Shown here one piece after another: positions 10,801-21,212 of a DNA stretch of 64,000 nt. The notes beneath the pieces are model-generated. The model searched no databases. It saw only the letters and a program-made list of their open reading frames with translations, and was not told the origin of the DNA. How positions within the stretch are numbered: the first letter of the stretch is position 1; each line of letters opens with the position of its first letter. The DNA is from Escherichia coli (GTDB lineage Bacteria > Pseudomonadota > Gammaproteobacteria > Enterobacterales > Enterobacteriaceae): NCBI RefSeq assembly GCF_045037415.1, contig NZ_CP173438.1; one strand, 5' to 3'. A program made the position numbers and the translations under genes.

Positions 10801-12135
10801 ATGAATAATGACAATACCGATTACGTGAGTAATGAATCAGGGACGCTTTCGCGATTATTTAAACTACCTCAGCATGGGACCACCGTCCGCACAGAATTGA
10901 TTGCGGGGATGACCACTTTTTTAACCATGGTGTACATCGTTTTTGTGAACCCGCAAATCCTCGGCGCGGCACAAATGGACCCAAAAGTGGTGTTTGTTAC
11001 CACCTGTTTGATTGCCGGTATCGGCAGTATTGCGATGGGGGTATTTGCTAACTTACCCGTGGCACTGGCTCCGGCAATGGGCCTGAACGCCTTCTTTGCC
11101 TTCGTGGTCGTGGGGGCGATGGGTATCTCCTGGCAGACCGGGATGGGCGCGATATTCTGGGGCGCAGTTGGGCTATTTTTGCTCACGCTGTTTCGTATCC
11201 GGTACTGGATGATCTCCAACATTCCATTAAGTTTACGTATTGGTATCACCAGCGGAATCGGATTATTTATCGCCTTAATGGGATTAAAAAATACTGGCGT
11301 TATTGTCGCCAATAAAGACACCCTGGTGATGATTGGCGATTTAAGTTCTCACGGCGTGTTGTTAGGTATTTTAGGGTTTTTTATTATAACTGTGTTGTCA
11401 TCACGTCATTTTCATGCCGCGGTGCTTGTTTCTATTGTGGTGACGTCTTGCTGTGGATTATTTTTCGGTGATGTTCATTTTAGCGGTGTCTATTCCATTC
11501 CGCCTGATATTAGCGGCGTCATTGGTGAAGTGGATTTGAGCGGTGCGTTATCACTTGAACTCGCCGGTATCATTTTCTCCTTTATGCTGATCAACTTATT
11601 TGATTCATCAGGGACATTAATTGGTGTGACTGATAAAGCTGGCTTAATAGATAGTAACGGTAAATTCCCCAATATGAATAAGGCGCTGTATGTTGATAGC
11701 ATCAGTTCGGTGGCGGGTGCGTTTATCGGTACCTCGTCTGTTACCGCCTATATTGAAAGTACTTCAGGTGTGGCTGTCGGTGGTCGCACGGGGCTGACTG
11801 CGGTTGTTGTCGGCGTTATGTTTCTGCTGGTTATGTTCTTCTCACCGCTGGTGGCGATGGTTCCTCCTTACGCAACCGCCGGAGCGTTAATCTTTGTTGG
11901 CGTATTGATGACATCGAGCCTGGCACGCGTTAACTGGGATGATTTTACCGAATCGGTGCCTGCGTTTATTACCACGGTGATGATGCCCTTTACGTTCTCG
12001 ATCACCGAAGGGATTGCACTAGGCTTTATGTCGTACTGCATCATGAAAGTGTGCACCGGGCGCTGGCGCGATCTGAACCTGTGTGTGGTGGTGGTCGCAG
12101 CTCTGTTTGCACTGAAGATTATTCTGGTGGATTAG
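10801..12135 (+). CDS. adeQ: adenine permease, NCS2/AzgA-like (about 444 aa)
   Basis: Multi-pass membrane protein beginning MNNDNTDYVSNESGTLSRLFKL...; ORF track extends to 10723 via a GTG that I regard as a spurious N-terminal extension; ATG at 10789 also possible. Confidence 0.88.
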   Translation: MNNDNTDYVSNESGTLSRLFKLPQHGTTVRTELIAGMTTFLTMVYIVFVNPQILGAAQMDPKVVFVTTCLIAGIGSIAMGVFANLPVALAPAMGLNAFFAFVVVGAMGISWQTGMGAIFWGAVGLFLLTLFRIRYWMISNIPLSLRIGITSGIGLFIALMGLKNTGVIVANKDTLVMIGDLSSHGVLLGILGFFIITVLSSRHFHAAVLVSIVVTSCCGLFFGDVHFSGVYSIPPDISGVIGEVDLSGALSLELAGIIFSFMLINLFDSSGTLIGVTDKAGLIDSNGKFPNMNKALYVDSISSVAGAFIGTSSVTAYIESTSGVAVGGRTGLTAVVVGVMFLLVMFFSPLVAMVPPYATAGALIFVGVLMTSSLARVNWDDFTESVPAFITTVMMPFTFSITEGIALGFMSYCIMKVCTGRWRDLNLCVVVVAALFALKIILVD

Positions 12136-12187
12136 TAACTGGCGAGGGTTTCCAGATATCATGAGTTCTGATTACGCAGGAGAACTC

Positions 12188-12640
12188 ATGATCTGGATAA
12201 TGCTCGCCACGCTGGCGGTAGTGTTTGTGGTTGGTTTTCGGGTGCTGACATCCGGGGCCAGAAAAGCGATTCGCCGTCTCAGCGATCGGCTGAACATCGA
12301 TGTCGTACCCGTGGAGTCGATGGTCGATCAAATGGGAAAGTCAGCCGGTGACGAATTTTTACGTTATTTGCATCGCCCGGATGAGTCGCACCTGCAAAAC
12401 GCCGCGCAGGTGTTGCTCATCTGGCAAATTGTCATTGTCGATGGTAGCGAACAGAACCTGCTGCAATGGCATCGGATTTTACAAAAAGCCCGCCTTGCCG
12501 CGCCGATTACCGATGCTCAGGTCAGACTGGCGCTGGGTTTTCTGCGCGAAACCGAACCTGAAATGCAGGATATCAATGCTTTTCAGATGCGCTATAACGC
12601 GTTCTTTCAGCCTGCCGAGGGCGTTCACTGGCTGCATTAA
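12188..12640 (+). CDS. yicN: DUF1198-like small protein YicN (about 150 aa)
   Basis: ATG at 12188 preceded by SD aggag; single N-terminal hydrophobic helix; the upstream ATG at 12161 lacks an SD. Confidence 0.8.
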   Translation: MIWIMLATLAVVFVVGFRVLTSGARKAIRRLSDRLNIDVVPVESMVDQMGKSAGDEFLRYLHRPDESHLQNAAQVLLIWQIVIVDGSEQNLLQWHRILQKARLAAPITDAQVRLALGFLRETEPEMQDINAFQMRYNAFFQPAEGVHWLH

Positions 12641-12644
12641 AACC

Positions 12645-12718
12645 GCTTCGTCTTATCAGCCTACAGACCGCGCCTGACCTGGTGGGTGGATAAGGCGTGT
12701 ACGTCGCATCCGGTATCG
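12645..12718. repeat. REP-like extragenic palindromic element
   Basis: Contains tcttatcagcctaca and ggataaggcg...cgtcgcatccgg, resembling E. coli REP consensus; lies between yicN and the toxin-antitoxin insertion. Confidence 0.55.
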
Positions 12719-12755
12719 GAATTGACAGTAGGTGAACGCATTATCTACGTTCTAT

Positions 12756-13079
12756 TTACAGCAGCACCTCCAGCCCGTGTTTTTGCACAATGCTGAGCAG
12801 TTTTAATGAAATGCCATTGGGGCGTTTAGCGCCACTTTCCCATTTTTGTACAGTTGAAACGCTGGTATTGAGATAGTGAGCGAAGACGGGCTGACTCACT
12901 TTTAATTTTTCCCGCAGTGCTTTTATCTCAACAGGTTGTAAGTCTTGCACGCTGGTCAGGCAGGCTTTGTCAAAAGTACGCATCGTTTCGGCAGAAATAG
13001 CATCGACTCTGGACAATCCAGCCGCTGCGCTGTGAATAGCTTCAAATGCAGGACTTTTAAATTTAGTTTTTGCAGTCAT
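12756..13079 (-). CDS. HTH (Xre/NadS-like) DNA-binding antitoxin candidate (107 aa)
   Basis: C-terminal HTH segment (SQPVFAHYLNTSVSTVQKWESG); 17-bp overlap with the upstream toxin-like gene. Confidence 0.7.
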   Translation of the reverse strand: MTAKTKFKSPAFEAIHSAAAGLSRVDAISAETMRTFDKACLTSVQDLQPVEIKALREKLKVSQPVFAHYLNTSVSTVQKWESGAKRPNGISLKLLSIVQKHGLEVLL

Positions 13080-13422
13080 AGCAGATCTCTGTCAGTTCTT
13101 TAGTGTTAATCATTGCTGTCAGTTGGGCTTTCGTCAGGAAGGCATAATGCTTTGCAAGTTCACGAAACCCAGCCAGTTCCTGACTATTAATGTTCGACAT
13201 ATCCTGTTTTGCATATAAAAACGTGTAAAACCAATTGCTTCCCCCTTTCGCCAGAATAATTGCACGCTCACGATTTCGGTGAAGGCGCTTTTTAAAAACG
13301 CCACCACCAAGTACATCAGCTTTACCTTGTTCCGTTTCTAAAATGGCCCGGCACAACTCTTCATCTGTTATTGCATGAGACCTGGCTTCCCTTGCAAACC
13401 ATTTGGTTTTAAACACGCGCAT
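13063..13422 (-). CDS. RelE/ParE-superfamily toxin candidate (119 aa)
   Basis: Small basic protein MRVFKTKWFAREARSHAITDEELCRAI... typical of RelE-like toxins paired with HTH antitoxins; toxin-first order as in HigBA-type pairs. Confidence 0.65.
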   Translation of the reverse strand: MRVFKTKWFAREARSHAITDEELCRAILETEQGKADVLGGGVFKKRLHRNRERAIILAKGGSNWFYTFLYAKQDMSNINSQELAGFRELAKHYAFLTKAQLTAMINTKELTEICYDCKN

Positions 13423-13649
13423 ATCGTTGAGATCCTGTTATTAAAGTATATCACCAAGTGCAATACTTTATCCCTTATTCCCAACCTAATCGCGAAAATG
13501 CATATCACCTTGCCCTATGATTTTTATTTCTTCGAGCAGCCTCGAACTTTTCCCACAACACCGTAAAAGTTGCAAAAACGTTAAATACGTCACACATTTC
13601 AATGTTAAAGTGGTCGGCTTTCCCTCTGAAACATGCCACGGGTAACACC

Positions 13650-14840
13650 ATGAGTGAATTTATTGCTGAAAACCGCGGCGCGGATGCCATCACCCGACCG
13701 AACTGGTCAGCCGTTTTCTCGGTGGCATTTTGCGTTGCCTGTCTTATTATCGTTGAGTTTTTGCCCGTCAGTTTGTTGACGCCAATGGCCCAGGATTTAG
13801 GCATTTCGGAAGGGGTTGCCGGGCAATCGGTGACCGTAACCGCTTTTGTGGCGATGTTTGCCAGTTTGTTTATTACCCAGACCATTCAGGCCACTGACCG
13901 CCGCTACGTTGTCATTCTGTTCGCCGTTTTGCTGACGCTTTCCTGTTTGCTGGTTTCCTTTGCCAACTCATTCAGTCTGTTGTTAATCGGTCGCGCCTGT
14001 CTGGGGCTGGCGCTGGGCGGATTCTGGGCGATGTCGGCGTCGCTGACCATGCGTCTGGTACCGCCGCGTACGGTGCCGAAGGCGCTGTCGGTGATCTTCG
14101 GCGCGGTTTCTATTGCGCTGGTGATTGCCGCGCCGTTGGGCAGTTTTTTAGGCGAGCTTATCGGTTGGCGCAATGTCTTTAATGCGGCGGCGGTGATGGG
14201 CGTGCTGTGTATTTTCTGGATTATCAAATCACTGCCTTCGCTGCCAGGCGAACCTTCGCATCAGAAACAAAATACTTTCCGCTTATTACAACGTCCGGGA
14301 GTGATGGCCGGGATGATCGCCATCTTTATGTCCTTTGCCGGACAGTTTGCTTTTTTCACTTATATTCGCCCAGTGTATATGAATCTGGCGGGATTCGGTG
14401 TTGATGGCTTAACCCTGGTGCTGCTGAGTTTTGGTATCGCCAGCTTTGTCGGGACATCGCTTTCGTCGTTTATTCTCAAACGTTCGGTGAAACTGGCCTT
14501 AGCGGGCGCACCGTTTGTGCTCGCCCTGAGCGCGCTGGTACTGACGCTGTGGGGAAGCGATAAAATTGTTGCTACTGGTGTGGCGATTATCTGGGGGCTG
14601 ACCTTTGCTTTAATTCCCGTTGGCTGGTCAACGTGGATCACTCGCTCACTGGCCGATCAGGCAGAAAAAGCCGGATCTATTCAGGTGGCCGTTATTCAGC
14701 TTGCCAATACCTGCGGTGCGGCAATCGGCGGTTATGCGTTGGATAACATTGGTCTGACTTCGCCGCTGATGTTGTCCGGCACATTGATGTTGCTGACTGC
14801 ATTGTTGGTGACTGCAAAGGTGAAAATGAAGAAATCCTGA
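13650..14840 (+). CDS. nepI: MFS purine ribonucleoside efflux pump NepI (396 aa)
   Basis: 12-TM MFS sequence; start at ATG 13650 ([13 protein letters not shown]...); ORF track start 13602 is likely an extension. Confidence 0.88.
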   Translation: MSEFIAENRGADAITRPNWSAVFSVAFCVACLIIVEFLPVSLLTPMAQDLGISEGVAGQSVTVTAFVAMFASLFITQTIQATDRRYVVILFAVLLTLSCLLVSFANSFSLLLIGRACLGLALGGFWAMSASLTMRLVPPRTVPKALSVIFGAVSIALVIAAPLGSFLGELIGWRNVFNAAAVMGVLCIFWIIKSLPSLPGEPSHQKQNTFRLLQRPGVMAGMIAIFMSFAGQFAFFTYIRPVYMNLAGFGVDGLTLVLLSFGIASFVGTSLSSFILKRSVKLALAGAPFVLALSALVLTLWGSDKIVATGVAIIWGLTFALIPVGWSTWITRSLADQAEKAGSIQVAVIQLANTCGAAIGGYALDNIGLTSPLMLSGTLMLLTALLVTAKVKMKKS

Positions 14841-14880
14841 TATCAGGTAAAGAAGCGTTGGTCAGTGGTTGTTGCCGTTC

Positions 14881-15174
14881 TTACATATCCGGGCATTCTA
14901 CCTTACCCAACGCTTCCCAATAATTGCTCTGATTATTACGTTCCATCGCTACGATGGCTTCGCGTATGTGTTGTTTATTGCTTTCATCAGACAACATTAA
15001 CTTTTCCCACGCTTCATCTGATAACGATGCCTGCGGGGTACAAATTTTACGTAAATCTTGCAATACCGTGGTTTTCTCTTTTGCCGACTGTAGGGAACTG
15101 AATGGCGACTCGGCCTGAGAAATGGCTGGAAAAATCAGGAATATGGTAATCATGAGTAGCATCGTTGGCTTCAT
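14881..15174 (-). CDS. yicS: small secreted protein YicS (97 aa)
   Basis: MKPTMLLMITIFLIFPAISQA signal peptide; ATG at 15174 verified on sequence. Confidence 0.8.
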   Translation of the reverse strand: MKPTMLLMITIFLIFPAISQAESPFSSLQSAKEKTTVLQDLRKICTPQASLSDEAWEKLMLSDESNKQHIREAIVAMERNNQSNYWEALGKVECPDM

Positions 15175-15395
15175 AGCGGCAACCTTCTGCAAATGTGCAT
15201 CGAATGAAGCATAAGTGTAGTTTGCTTTTGCCGCTCTCATCATGCTGTACGAAAGGTGTTTGCGTGGTCAGTAAGAAGTGCCAGACTTTATATTCCACTT
15301 TTATTCCTTTTTATTCTTATCGATAGCGTTTCGTTTTTTAAACTGCAGCGACCTTACCGCTATAGTCAGGTAATCATTAATAAAAGGATAAAAAA

Positions 15396-16214
15396 ATGAA
15401 ACTGACAACACATCATCTACGGGCGGGGGCCGCATTATTACTGGCAGGAGTTCTGCTGGCAGGTTGCGACCAGAGCAGTAGCGATGAAAAGCATATTAAA
15501 GTTGGCGTTATTAATGGCGCAGAACAAGATGTCGCGGAAGTCGCTAAAAAGGTAGCAAAAGAGAAATATGGCCTCGATGTTGAACTGGTAGGATTTAGCG
15601 GTTCGTTGCTACCGAACGATGCGACAAATCATGGCGAGCTTGATGCGAACGTCTTCCAGCATCGACCCTTTCTTGAACAAGATAATCAGGCGCATGGTTA
15701 TAAACTGGTAGCGGTGGGAAATACGTTTGTCTTCCCCATGGCGGGTTATTCCAAAAAAATCAAAACCGTGGCGCAAATAAAAGAAGGCGCGACAGTGGCG
15801 ATCCCCAACGACCCGACTAACCTTGGTCGTGCGCTTTTACTGCTGCAAAAAGAGAAGCTAATTACTCTGAAAGAGGGAAAAGGGTTATTACCTACCGCGT
15901 TGGATATAACCGATAATCCACGCCATTTGCAGATAATGGAGCTGGAAGGGGCACAGTTGCCACGTGTACTGGACGACCCGAAAGTGGATGTAGCGATTAT
16001 CAGCACCACTTACATCCAGCAAACAGGACTTTCTCCGGTTAACGACAGCGTATTTATTGAAGATAAAAATTCGCCGTATGTGAATATTCTGGTGGCACGG
16101 GAAGATAATAAGAATGCAGAAAACGTGAAGGAATTTCTGCAATCTTATCAATCACCCGAAGTCGCTAAAGCGGCAGAAACCATCTTTAACGGAGGCGCGG
16201 TGCCTGGCTGGTAA
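15396..16214 (+). CDS. nlpA: lipoprotein 28, methionine-binding NlpA family (272 aa)
   Basis: Lipobox LLAGC after signal peptide; MetQ/NlpA family sequence. Confidence 0.92.
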   Translation: MKLTTHHLRAGAALLLAGVLLAGCDQSSSDEKHIKVGVINGAEQDVAEVAKKVAKEKYGLDVELVGFSGSLLPNDATNHGELDANVFQHRPFLEQDNQAHGYKLVAVGNTFVFPMAGYSKKIKTVAQIKEGATVAIPNDPTNLGRALLLLQKEKLITLKEGKGLLPTALDITDNPRHLQIMELEGAQLPRVLDDPKVDVAIISTTYIQQTGLSPVNDSVFIEDKNSPYVNILVAREDNKNAENVKEFLQSYQSPEVAKAAETIFNGGAVPGW

Positions 16215-16217
16215 TTC

Positions 16218-17141
16218 TCACTCATGCCGCGCCGGACGATTTATTTTTCTGGCGCGGCGGCGGGAATCCATTGAAATCAAAATCACCGATGACAGAATCA
16301 GCAGCGTTCCCAGCCAGTCCGGCAATGTGAAGGTGATCCCCAGCAACAGCAAAGAGAGCAGTGCGCTACTTAATGGTTCTGCACAGCTTAAAATGCTGGC
16401 TTTTGGACCACCAATTAATTGTGCTCCTTTCAGGTACAGACTAAATGTCAGGGACGTACCAATGACCACCAAATAAAAAAACGCCAGAATCAAACTGCCG
16501 TTAACGACAAAGTTTGTCCCTTGTCTGGCATAAAAGGGCAGCAGGATCAGACCGCCAATGAGCATACTCCAGCCGACGACCGGTAACGTGCCATAGCGAG
16601 CAATCAGCGTTGAGGGATAGGTGGTATAGAATGCAGCAGCAAATGCCGAGGCAATGCCCCAGAATAACGCGGCAGGAGAGATCGATAATGACGTCGGATT
16701 ACCGTGTGTCACCAATAAAAAAGTCCCGATCAGCGATGTCAAAATAGCGCAAAAAACCAGGATGCCGGGGCGGGATTTACGCACCAGTGAGAACCAGGCG
16801 ACGATAATAGTCGGTGAGAGGAATTGCAGCACCGTTGCCGTGGCTGCGTTCGATTTTTCGATGGTTAGCAAAAAAGTGAGCTGTACGGTTAGCGCGCCAA
16901 CCACGGAAAAAATCAGTAGGCTAATGGCATCTTTGTGATTGTTAATAATAGAAAAGATTTTATCACCATGAACAAATGATAGCGTCAGCAGAATCAATCC
17001 GGCGAATATCAAACGCGTCATAGTCAAAAACTGCGACGACATCTGGCTTTGCTCCATGATGTATTGCGCGCAGACCCCTGAACTTCCCCACAACACGGCG
17101 GCAATCAGAACGTTCAGCATCCCCTTTCTGGTGGAACCCAT
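16218..17141 (-). CDS. yicL: EamA/DMT-family transporter YicL (about 307 aa)
   Basis: 10-TM DMT sequence; ATG at 17141 ([11 protein letters not shown]...) verified; last recognisable core gene before the island. Confidence 0.88.
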   Translation of the reverse strand: MGSTRKGMLNVLIAAVLWGSSGVCAQYIMEQSQMSSQFLTMTRLIFAGLILLTLSFVHGDKIFSIINNHKDAISLLIFSVVGALTVQLTFLLTIEKSNAATATVLQFLSPTIIVAWFSLVRKSRPGILVFCAILTSLIGTFLLVTHGNPTSLSISPAALFWGIASAFAAAFYTTYPSTLIARYGTLPVVGWSMLIGGLILLPFYARQGTNFVVNGSLILAFFYLVVIGTSLTFSLYLKGAQLIGGPKASILSCAEPLSSALLSLLLLGITFTLPDWLGTLLILSSVILISMDSRRRARKINRPARHE

Positions 17142-17318
17142 TTTTCCCTCTGCATACTGTTTTGTCTTTTCATCAATATACGTTAAGGATACCACTACCG
17201 ATGACGGTGAGGGAGTAGAGTAATCAATCAGTTTTAGTGAATGGAGGAAATAATGACATATAACAATTATTCATATGGTGTTTAAAAAACCTCACTAAAA
17301 ACTCAATATGAAATTTAA

Positions 17319-17816
17319 TTATTTAATGTTCAATAACTCTATGGCTTTAGTATATTCATCAGGAATACCAATTATAAAACAAGGTGCGGTATCGGTAGGT
17401 AGATTTTCTTTGTTATCATCATCCAGAACAGAAATAGAAAACTGTCGTTCAGGTGTTGATGTTGTGGTTATTAAAATGGTTGGATTAGGAAGAGAAACAT
17501 ATGTTGTCTCATTTTTTAGTTTTATTCCTTTGATGTTTTCTTTGTTAATTTTATCAATCGTTTCAATAGAGAAAAAAGAATCATGCCCCATTCGCAGTTC
17601 AATTTTATTATCGTTTTCGAATAAATAAAGGGCATTATTGTTTTGAAACAGATTGAATATATTGTTAGCGCAAGTTTGAGTTGCTAGCCAGGATGCCGCT
17701 GGATGACTCAAATTAATATGTGTGCTAAAGACTTTGACGCGACTACTTCTGTTTTTCTCTTTACTTTCAATTAAATGCCTAGCGCTGTTGGCTGCTTTAC
17801 AAGTTCCATGCCCCAC
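17319..17816 (-). CDS. hypothetical protein (GTG start), possible pseudogene
   Basis: 165-aa ORF in AT-rich DNA; the same frame stays open upstream through a hydrophobic segment with no canonical start before a stop at 17922. Confidence 0.25.
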   Translation of the reverse strand: MGHGTCKAANSARHLIESKEKNRSSRVKVFSTHINLSHPAASWLATQTCANNIFNLFQNNNALYLFENDNKIELRMGHDSFFSIETIDKINKENIKGIKLKNETTYVSLPNPTILITTTSTPERQFSISVLDDDNKENLPTDTAPCFIIGIPDEYTKAIELLNIK

Positions 17817-18411
17817 ACGGCAAAAATAATCTCCTGAAAGGATACTTACAATCAGTATTACACCAATGACGACAGAAAAAATAGTTCCGATGAGTTTGAT
17901 GATGACAATCCTTGTGCAGTGTTATTTTCACCATGGATTATAATGTTATAGTGAAATTATTGCACCTGTAATTTTTCTTTGATTGTTTTAATCATCACAT
18001 TTACGCACTTCTTCATCTTTGTAGCAGGTAAAAGCCATATATGGATGGCTGGTGTCCGGTGCAGATAAAATGCAACTTATTCTTGATAGCTTGAAAAAAG
18101 AGAGGTTTTTTTGAGTGACGGTTGATGGTCGGTGGCAAGGAAGACGTTTTCGTACACTCGGCAAGAAAAATGAATCACTCTGTCATACTACCAGATACAT
18201 CAGCAGGGTCAGGTTGCTCAGAAATAAGCAGGATGGGGATCACTGAAGAGGCATTTTGGCGATCACAGGAGTCGAATATGAGTGTTAATGTTTTGATTTT
18301 AAATGATTAACCCGTGTTGGATAAATGAGTAACCCCCATAAGAACCCCCAAATGACTTTGCGTAAGGGAATGAGGCTAAAATACACAATCGAATCAATTA
18401 TTAGAGCTTTC

Positions 18412-19254
18412 TTATGAAGGTAACACTCCCGGATAGTGTTTCGCAATAATCTCATTCAGCCTGTCAACCAGTTCTGGTTTCCTGAACGTGATGTGTGCGG
18501 AGCCCTTCTTAAAGTATCTGATGCTGAACATCTCATCTTCGTAGTCCTCTTTACCTTGAACAGACTGGGTGTGGTCATCCAGATGAATGGTGATGTTTTC
18601 CCGGTTGTCGGGGATCGGTTTGCCGCTGAACAGGTGCAGCATTCTTTCCAGATCGGCAAGTCGATCGGCCTGTTGCCCGGTGATAAGATGAAACCCCCAT
18701 CTGTCCCACCTTACCAGGTTGTTGACGATAATTTTACTGCCAAACTTGCAGGGGCAATTGGTTTTGTAATTCCAGCTCAGTCCCCTGAAGACGTTGATCA
18801 CCCCCCGCTCAAACACTTCATCTTTGTTCTGGTGCAGTTGTTCAAATGTGCTCAGAATGTTCGCTTCACTGATTTCCGGAAAATTATCGTATTCCAGTGA
18901 TCGGTACCATGTATCACGGGCCTGTGCATCCATTAAGGAAAGCATCCCTGAACGTTGCATCAGGTCACGCCAGATTTCGCGGTCAAGATTCCGGGTAATG
19001 GCTTTCATTGCCGTTTCAGGTTTCTCCATGAGCCAGCATCCGCAGCGAAAATCCTGTTTCATGGCCCAGTCCGGGGCAGTTTTACCTCCGATGCTTTCCG
19101 TCAGCACCGAGATTTCAGCCAGTTGCCGGATAAGTGTGTCGATTTGCAGCAGTGTATTCTTTCGTACAGCCAGAATGTGGCAGATTGAGGTGGAACAGAT
19201 AACGTCCGTATGCCCGTTGACCACTTCCGGACGGGAGACTGTGATTTTAGACAT
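18412..19254 (-). CDS. conserved hypothetical protein at distal end of CP4-like cassette (280 aa)
   Basis: Long ORF co-oriented with the cbtA/cbeA cassette; no family recognised by eye. Confidence 0.5.
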   Translation of the reverse strand: MSKITVSRPEVVNGHTDVICSTSICHILAVRKNTLLQIDTLIRQLAEISVLTESIGGKTAPDWAMKQDFRCGCWLMEKPETAMKAITRNLDREIWRDLMQRSGMLSLMDAQARDTWYRSLEYDNFPEISEANILSTFEQLHQNKDEVFERGVINVFRGLSWNYKTNCPCKFGSKIIVNNLVRWDRWGFHLITGQQADRLADLERMLHLFSGKPIPDNRENITIHLDDHTQSVQGKEDYEDEMFSIRYFKKGSAHITFRKPELVDRLNEIIAKHYPGVLPS

Positions 19255-19350
19255 AATCGATATTCCTTTTTGCAGATAAATGAAAACGCCAGCCCTGTTC
19301 AGGCTGGTGTCAGTGGAATGAAGTCTGGTGAGTGAGATGATGAGTAAGAC

Positions 19351-19548
19351 TCACCGGTTCTGTTGCAGAAGCTGTAGTTGGCGCAGGGTACGGATATCTT
19401 CCCTGGCCTGTTCAATGCAGGGCAACAGTGCTGCTGAATCCGTTCTATCCTCATCGTTGTCGAAGATAATCCCGGATTCACAGTCGATATTGTCCTGCAG
19501 CCACGCAATCAGAATATCCAGCGCCGTTTCTGTCGTTAATGATTTCAT
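19351..19548 (-). CDS. small hypothetical protein (about 65 aa)
   Basis: Start taken at MKSLTTETALDILIAWLQ...; co-oriented downstream of the YeeW-like gene. Confidence 0.4.
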   Translation of the reverse strand: MKSLTTETALDILIAWLQDNIDCESGIIFDNDEDRTDSAALLPCIEQAREDIRTLRQLQLLQQNR

Positions 19549-19565
19549 GTTGTGAATTTCCCTGA

Positions 19566-20054
19566 TTACCAGTCGAAAGTGGGCAGACCCGGCAGACATT
19601 CAGCGCAGGCATCCAGATGAATGAGACTGACGCCATAACGGCGAATGAGCGTGACGATCAGACGACGAAACGTTTTTGACAGGCCCAGGCGTTTAAGTCG
19701 CAGAACCGGGTACGACCACGCATCGGTACGTAACAGATATCCGCTACCGGTAAAATGAATCCATTCTGATTCGCCGAAGTCATTCGTCTGATGTGACAGC
19801 GAGTACAGCCAGGCGTTGTCCTTTGCCGTGATATGCGCGGTACTGCAGCGTATGCCGGTAAGGGCCGCAGATGGTGGCGTGCGCTCTGCTGATGTCCGGT
19901 CAGATTCATCAACAACACGAAGGGAGTAACCGTTATCGCAGACCACGTTAATCAGTTCAGCGAGAGTAACACCATCGACGTCAACGACAATGCGCCCCAT
20001 GTTCAGTGCCTGCACGTTAATGCTGTCGGCTTCCAGCGTCAGGGCCAGTTTCAT
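19566..20054 (-). CDS. YeeW-like protein following the toxin gene
   Basis: ORF overlaps the cbtA stop by 4 bp, in the position occupied by yeeW-type genes in CP4-44-like cassettes. Confidence 0.5.
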   Translation of the reverse strand: MKLALTLEADSINVQALNMGRIVVDVDGVTLAELINVVCDNGYSLRVVDESDRTSAERTPPSAALTGIRCSTAHITAKDNAWLYSLSHQTNDFGESEWIHFTGSGYLLRTDAWSYPVLRLKRLGLSKTFRRLIVTLIRRYGVSLIHLDACAECLPGLPTFDW

Positions 20055-20428
20055 TGTTTCGCCCCCGGATGTTTACCCAGGGTAATGTTATTTACCGTTC
20101 TGTAATTGTCGCGGGCCATCAGGCCGGTTGCCCGGCGGGCCCGGAGGATATCAATACTGTTTATTAACTGAGAACGGGTACAGGCGCTGAATCCCGGCTG
20201 GTCGGTACGTACCAGTGCGTATTTTTCAACGAGAAAGTTCACCGCATCGCACAGTGAAATGCCTGCCTCAATATGCTGCTCAATCACACGTTCATCAGCG
20301 AACGGTGTGTCATTCAGTGTGAGGCCGTAATGCTGGTCCAACAGTCGGGTGAGCAGTGTCTGCCAGATGGTGACGGGAGACGGGCAGCGCGATGCCTCCC
20401 GTACGTGTGTGTCAGGTAATGTTTTCAT
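20051..20428 (-). CDS. cbtA: CbtA/YeeV-family toxin (cytoskeleton-targeting), about 125 aa
   Basis: MKTLPDTH...LLDQHYGLTLNDTPFADERVIEQHIEAGISLCDAVNFLVEKYALVRTDQPGF, as I recall for YeeV/YkfI/YpjF paralogs; ATG at 20428 verified. Confidence 0.85.
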   Translation of the reverse strand: MKTLPDTHVREASRCPSPVTIWQTLLTRLLDQHYGLTLNDTPFADERVIEQHIEAGISLCDAVNFLVEKYALVRTDQPGFSACTRSQLINSIDILRARRATGLMARDNYRTVNNITLGKHPGAKQ

Positions 20429-20474
20429 CTTAAGTTCTCTGTAACTGGTAGTGCTAAAGGTGAGATATTCGGGG

Positions 20475-20849
20475 TTATGAGGTGGTTGCGGGTGCCAGTG
20501 TCGGATAAACAGCCATATAAACGTAACCACAGCTGCCGAGGGTGTCGGCTTCGCAGGTCAGCCCTCTGGCATACAGCGTGACGGTATGCTGATGGCGGGG
20601 ATTCAGTTCACCGCTGGTGAGCATGAGTTCCAGTTGTTTCATCAGCAGCGGAAAGGCCTGGTCCAGATGATACGCATCCGCGTCGCTAAACTGCCCCCTG
20701 ATACCGGCGCGGTCGGCAAGGTAATGCAACTGATTGCCCTCCTGCACCAGACGTGCCCCGAAACAGGGCGTCACGGTGCAGGGGAGCCCCCACCAGGGGC
20801 GGTCGTTGTTGTTGTCGGGATGCGTTGTCCCGGGGTGTGTGTCTGACAC
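20475..20849 (-). CDS. cbeA: CbeA/YeeU-family antitoxin (124 aa)
   Basis: MSDTHPGTT...DRPWWGLPCTVTPCFGARLVQEGN.LHYLADRAGIRG, as I recall for YeeU/YfjZ; directly upstream of cbtA. Confidence 0.85.
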   Translation of the reverse strand: MSDTHPGTTHPDNNNDRPWWGLPCTVTPCFGARLVQEGNQLHYLADRAGIRGQFSDADAYHLDQAFPLLMKQLELMLTSGELNPRHQHTVTLYARGLTCEADTLGSCGYVYMAVYPTLAPATTS

Positions 20850-20928
20850 GATAAAATCCTCACAGAAAATCGGTTAAGAATGCTCCGATGGTGGCGATAA
20901 TTCGGCTCATCAGAATGCCCTTTCTGAT

Positions 20929-21150
20929 TCAGTTCAGGGTAACGCTCATCAGACGGACATACGGACCAAAACTGTCCTTACGGCGTTCAGCAAACACGGC
21001 CAGCACACCGGGAATATCCTGCACTTCACGGCCGGTATACGTATCCGTGCTACCGTGCCAGCGGTATTTACCGGTACAGAACGGAAAAAGACGGGATGCA
21101 GGATGCTGTTGGTGAATACGCATGGCTTCACCACGGGTGATGATTTTCAT
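20929..21150 (-). CDS. DUF987 (YeeT-like) protein, 73 aa
   Basis: Small ORF in the conserved position between the RadC-like gene and cbeA. Confidence 0.6.
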   Translation of the reverse strand: MKIITRGEAMRIHQQHPASRLFPFCTGKYRWHGSTDTYTGREVQDIPGVLAVFAERRKDSFGPYVRLMSVTLN

Positions 21151-21212
21151 AATGGGATACCTCTGAAGACAGAAGATAAAAGTGAAAACAGGTGTGATGT
21201 GGTTGTGACGGG

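Noticed and set aside
17196-18411. Search for a tRNA gene or att direct repeat at the core/island junction
   Set aside because: No cloverleaf-like sequence or recognisable tRNA 3'-end copy found by eye; cannot be excluded without a tRNA or repeat search, so no feature reported.
18436-19279. Plus-strand ORFs (154 aa and 161 aa) antisense to the 280-aa gene at 18412-19254
   Set aside because: They mirror a longer co-oriented cassette gene; kept the minus-strand gene and dropped the shadows.
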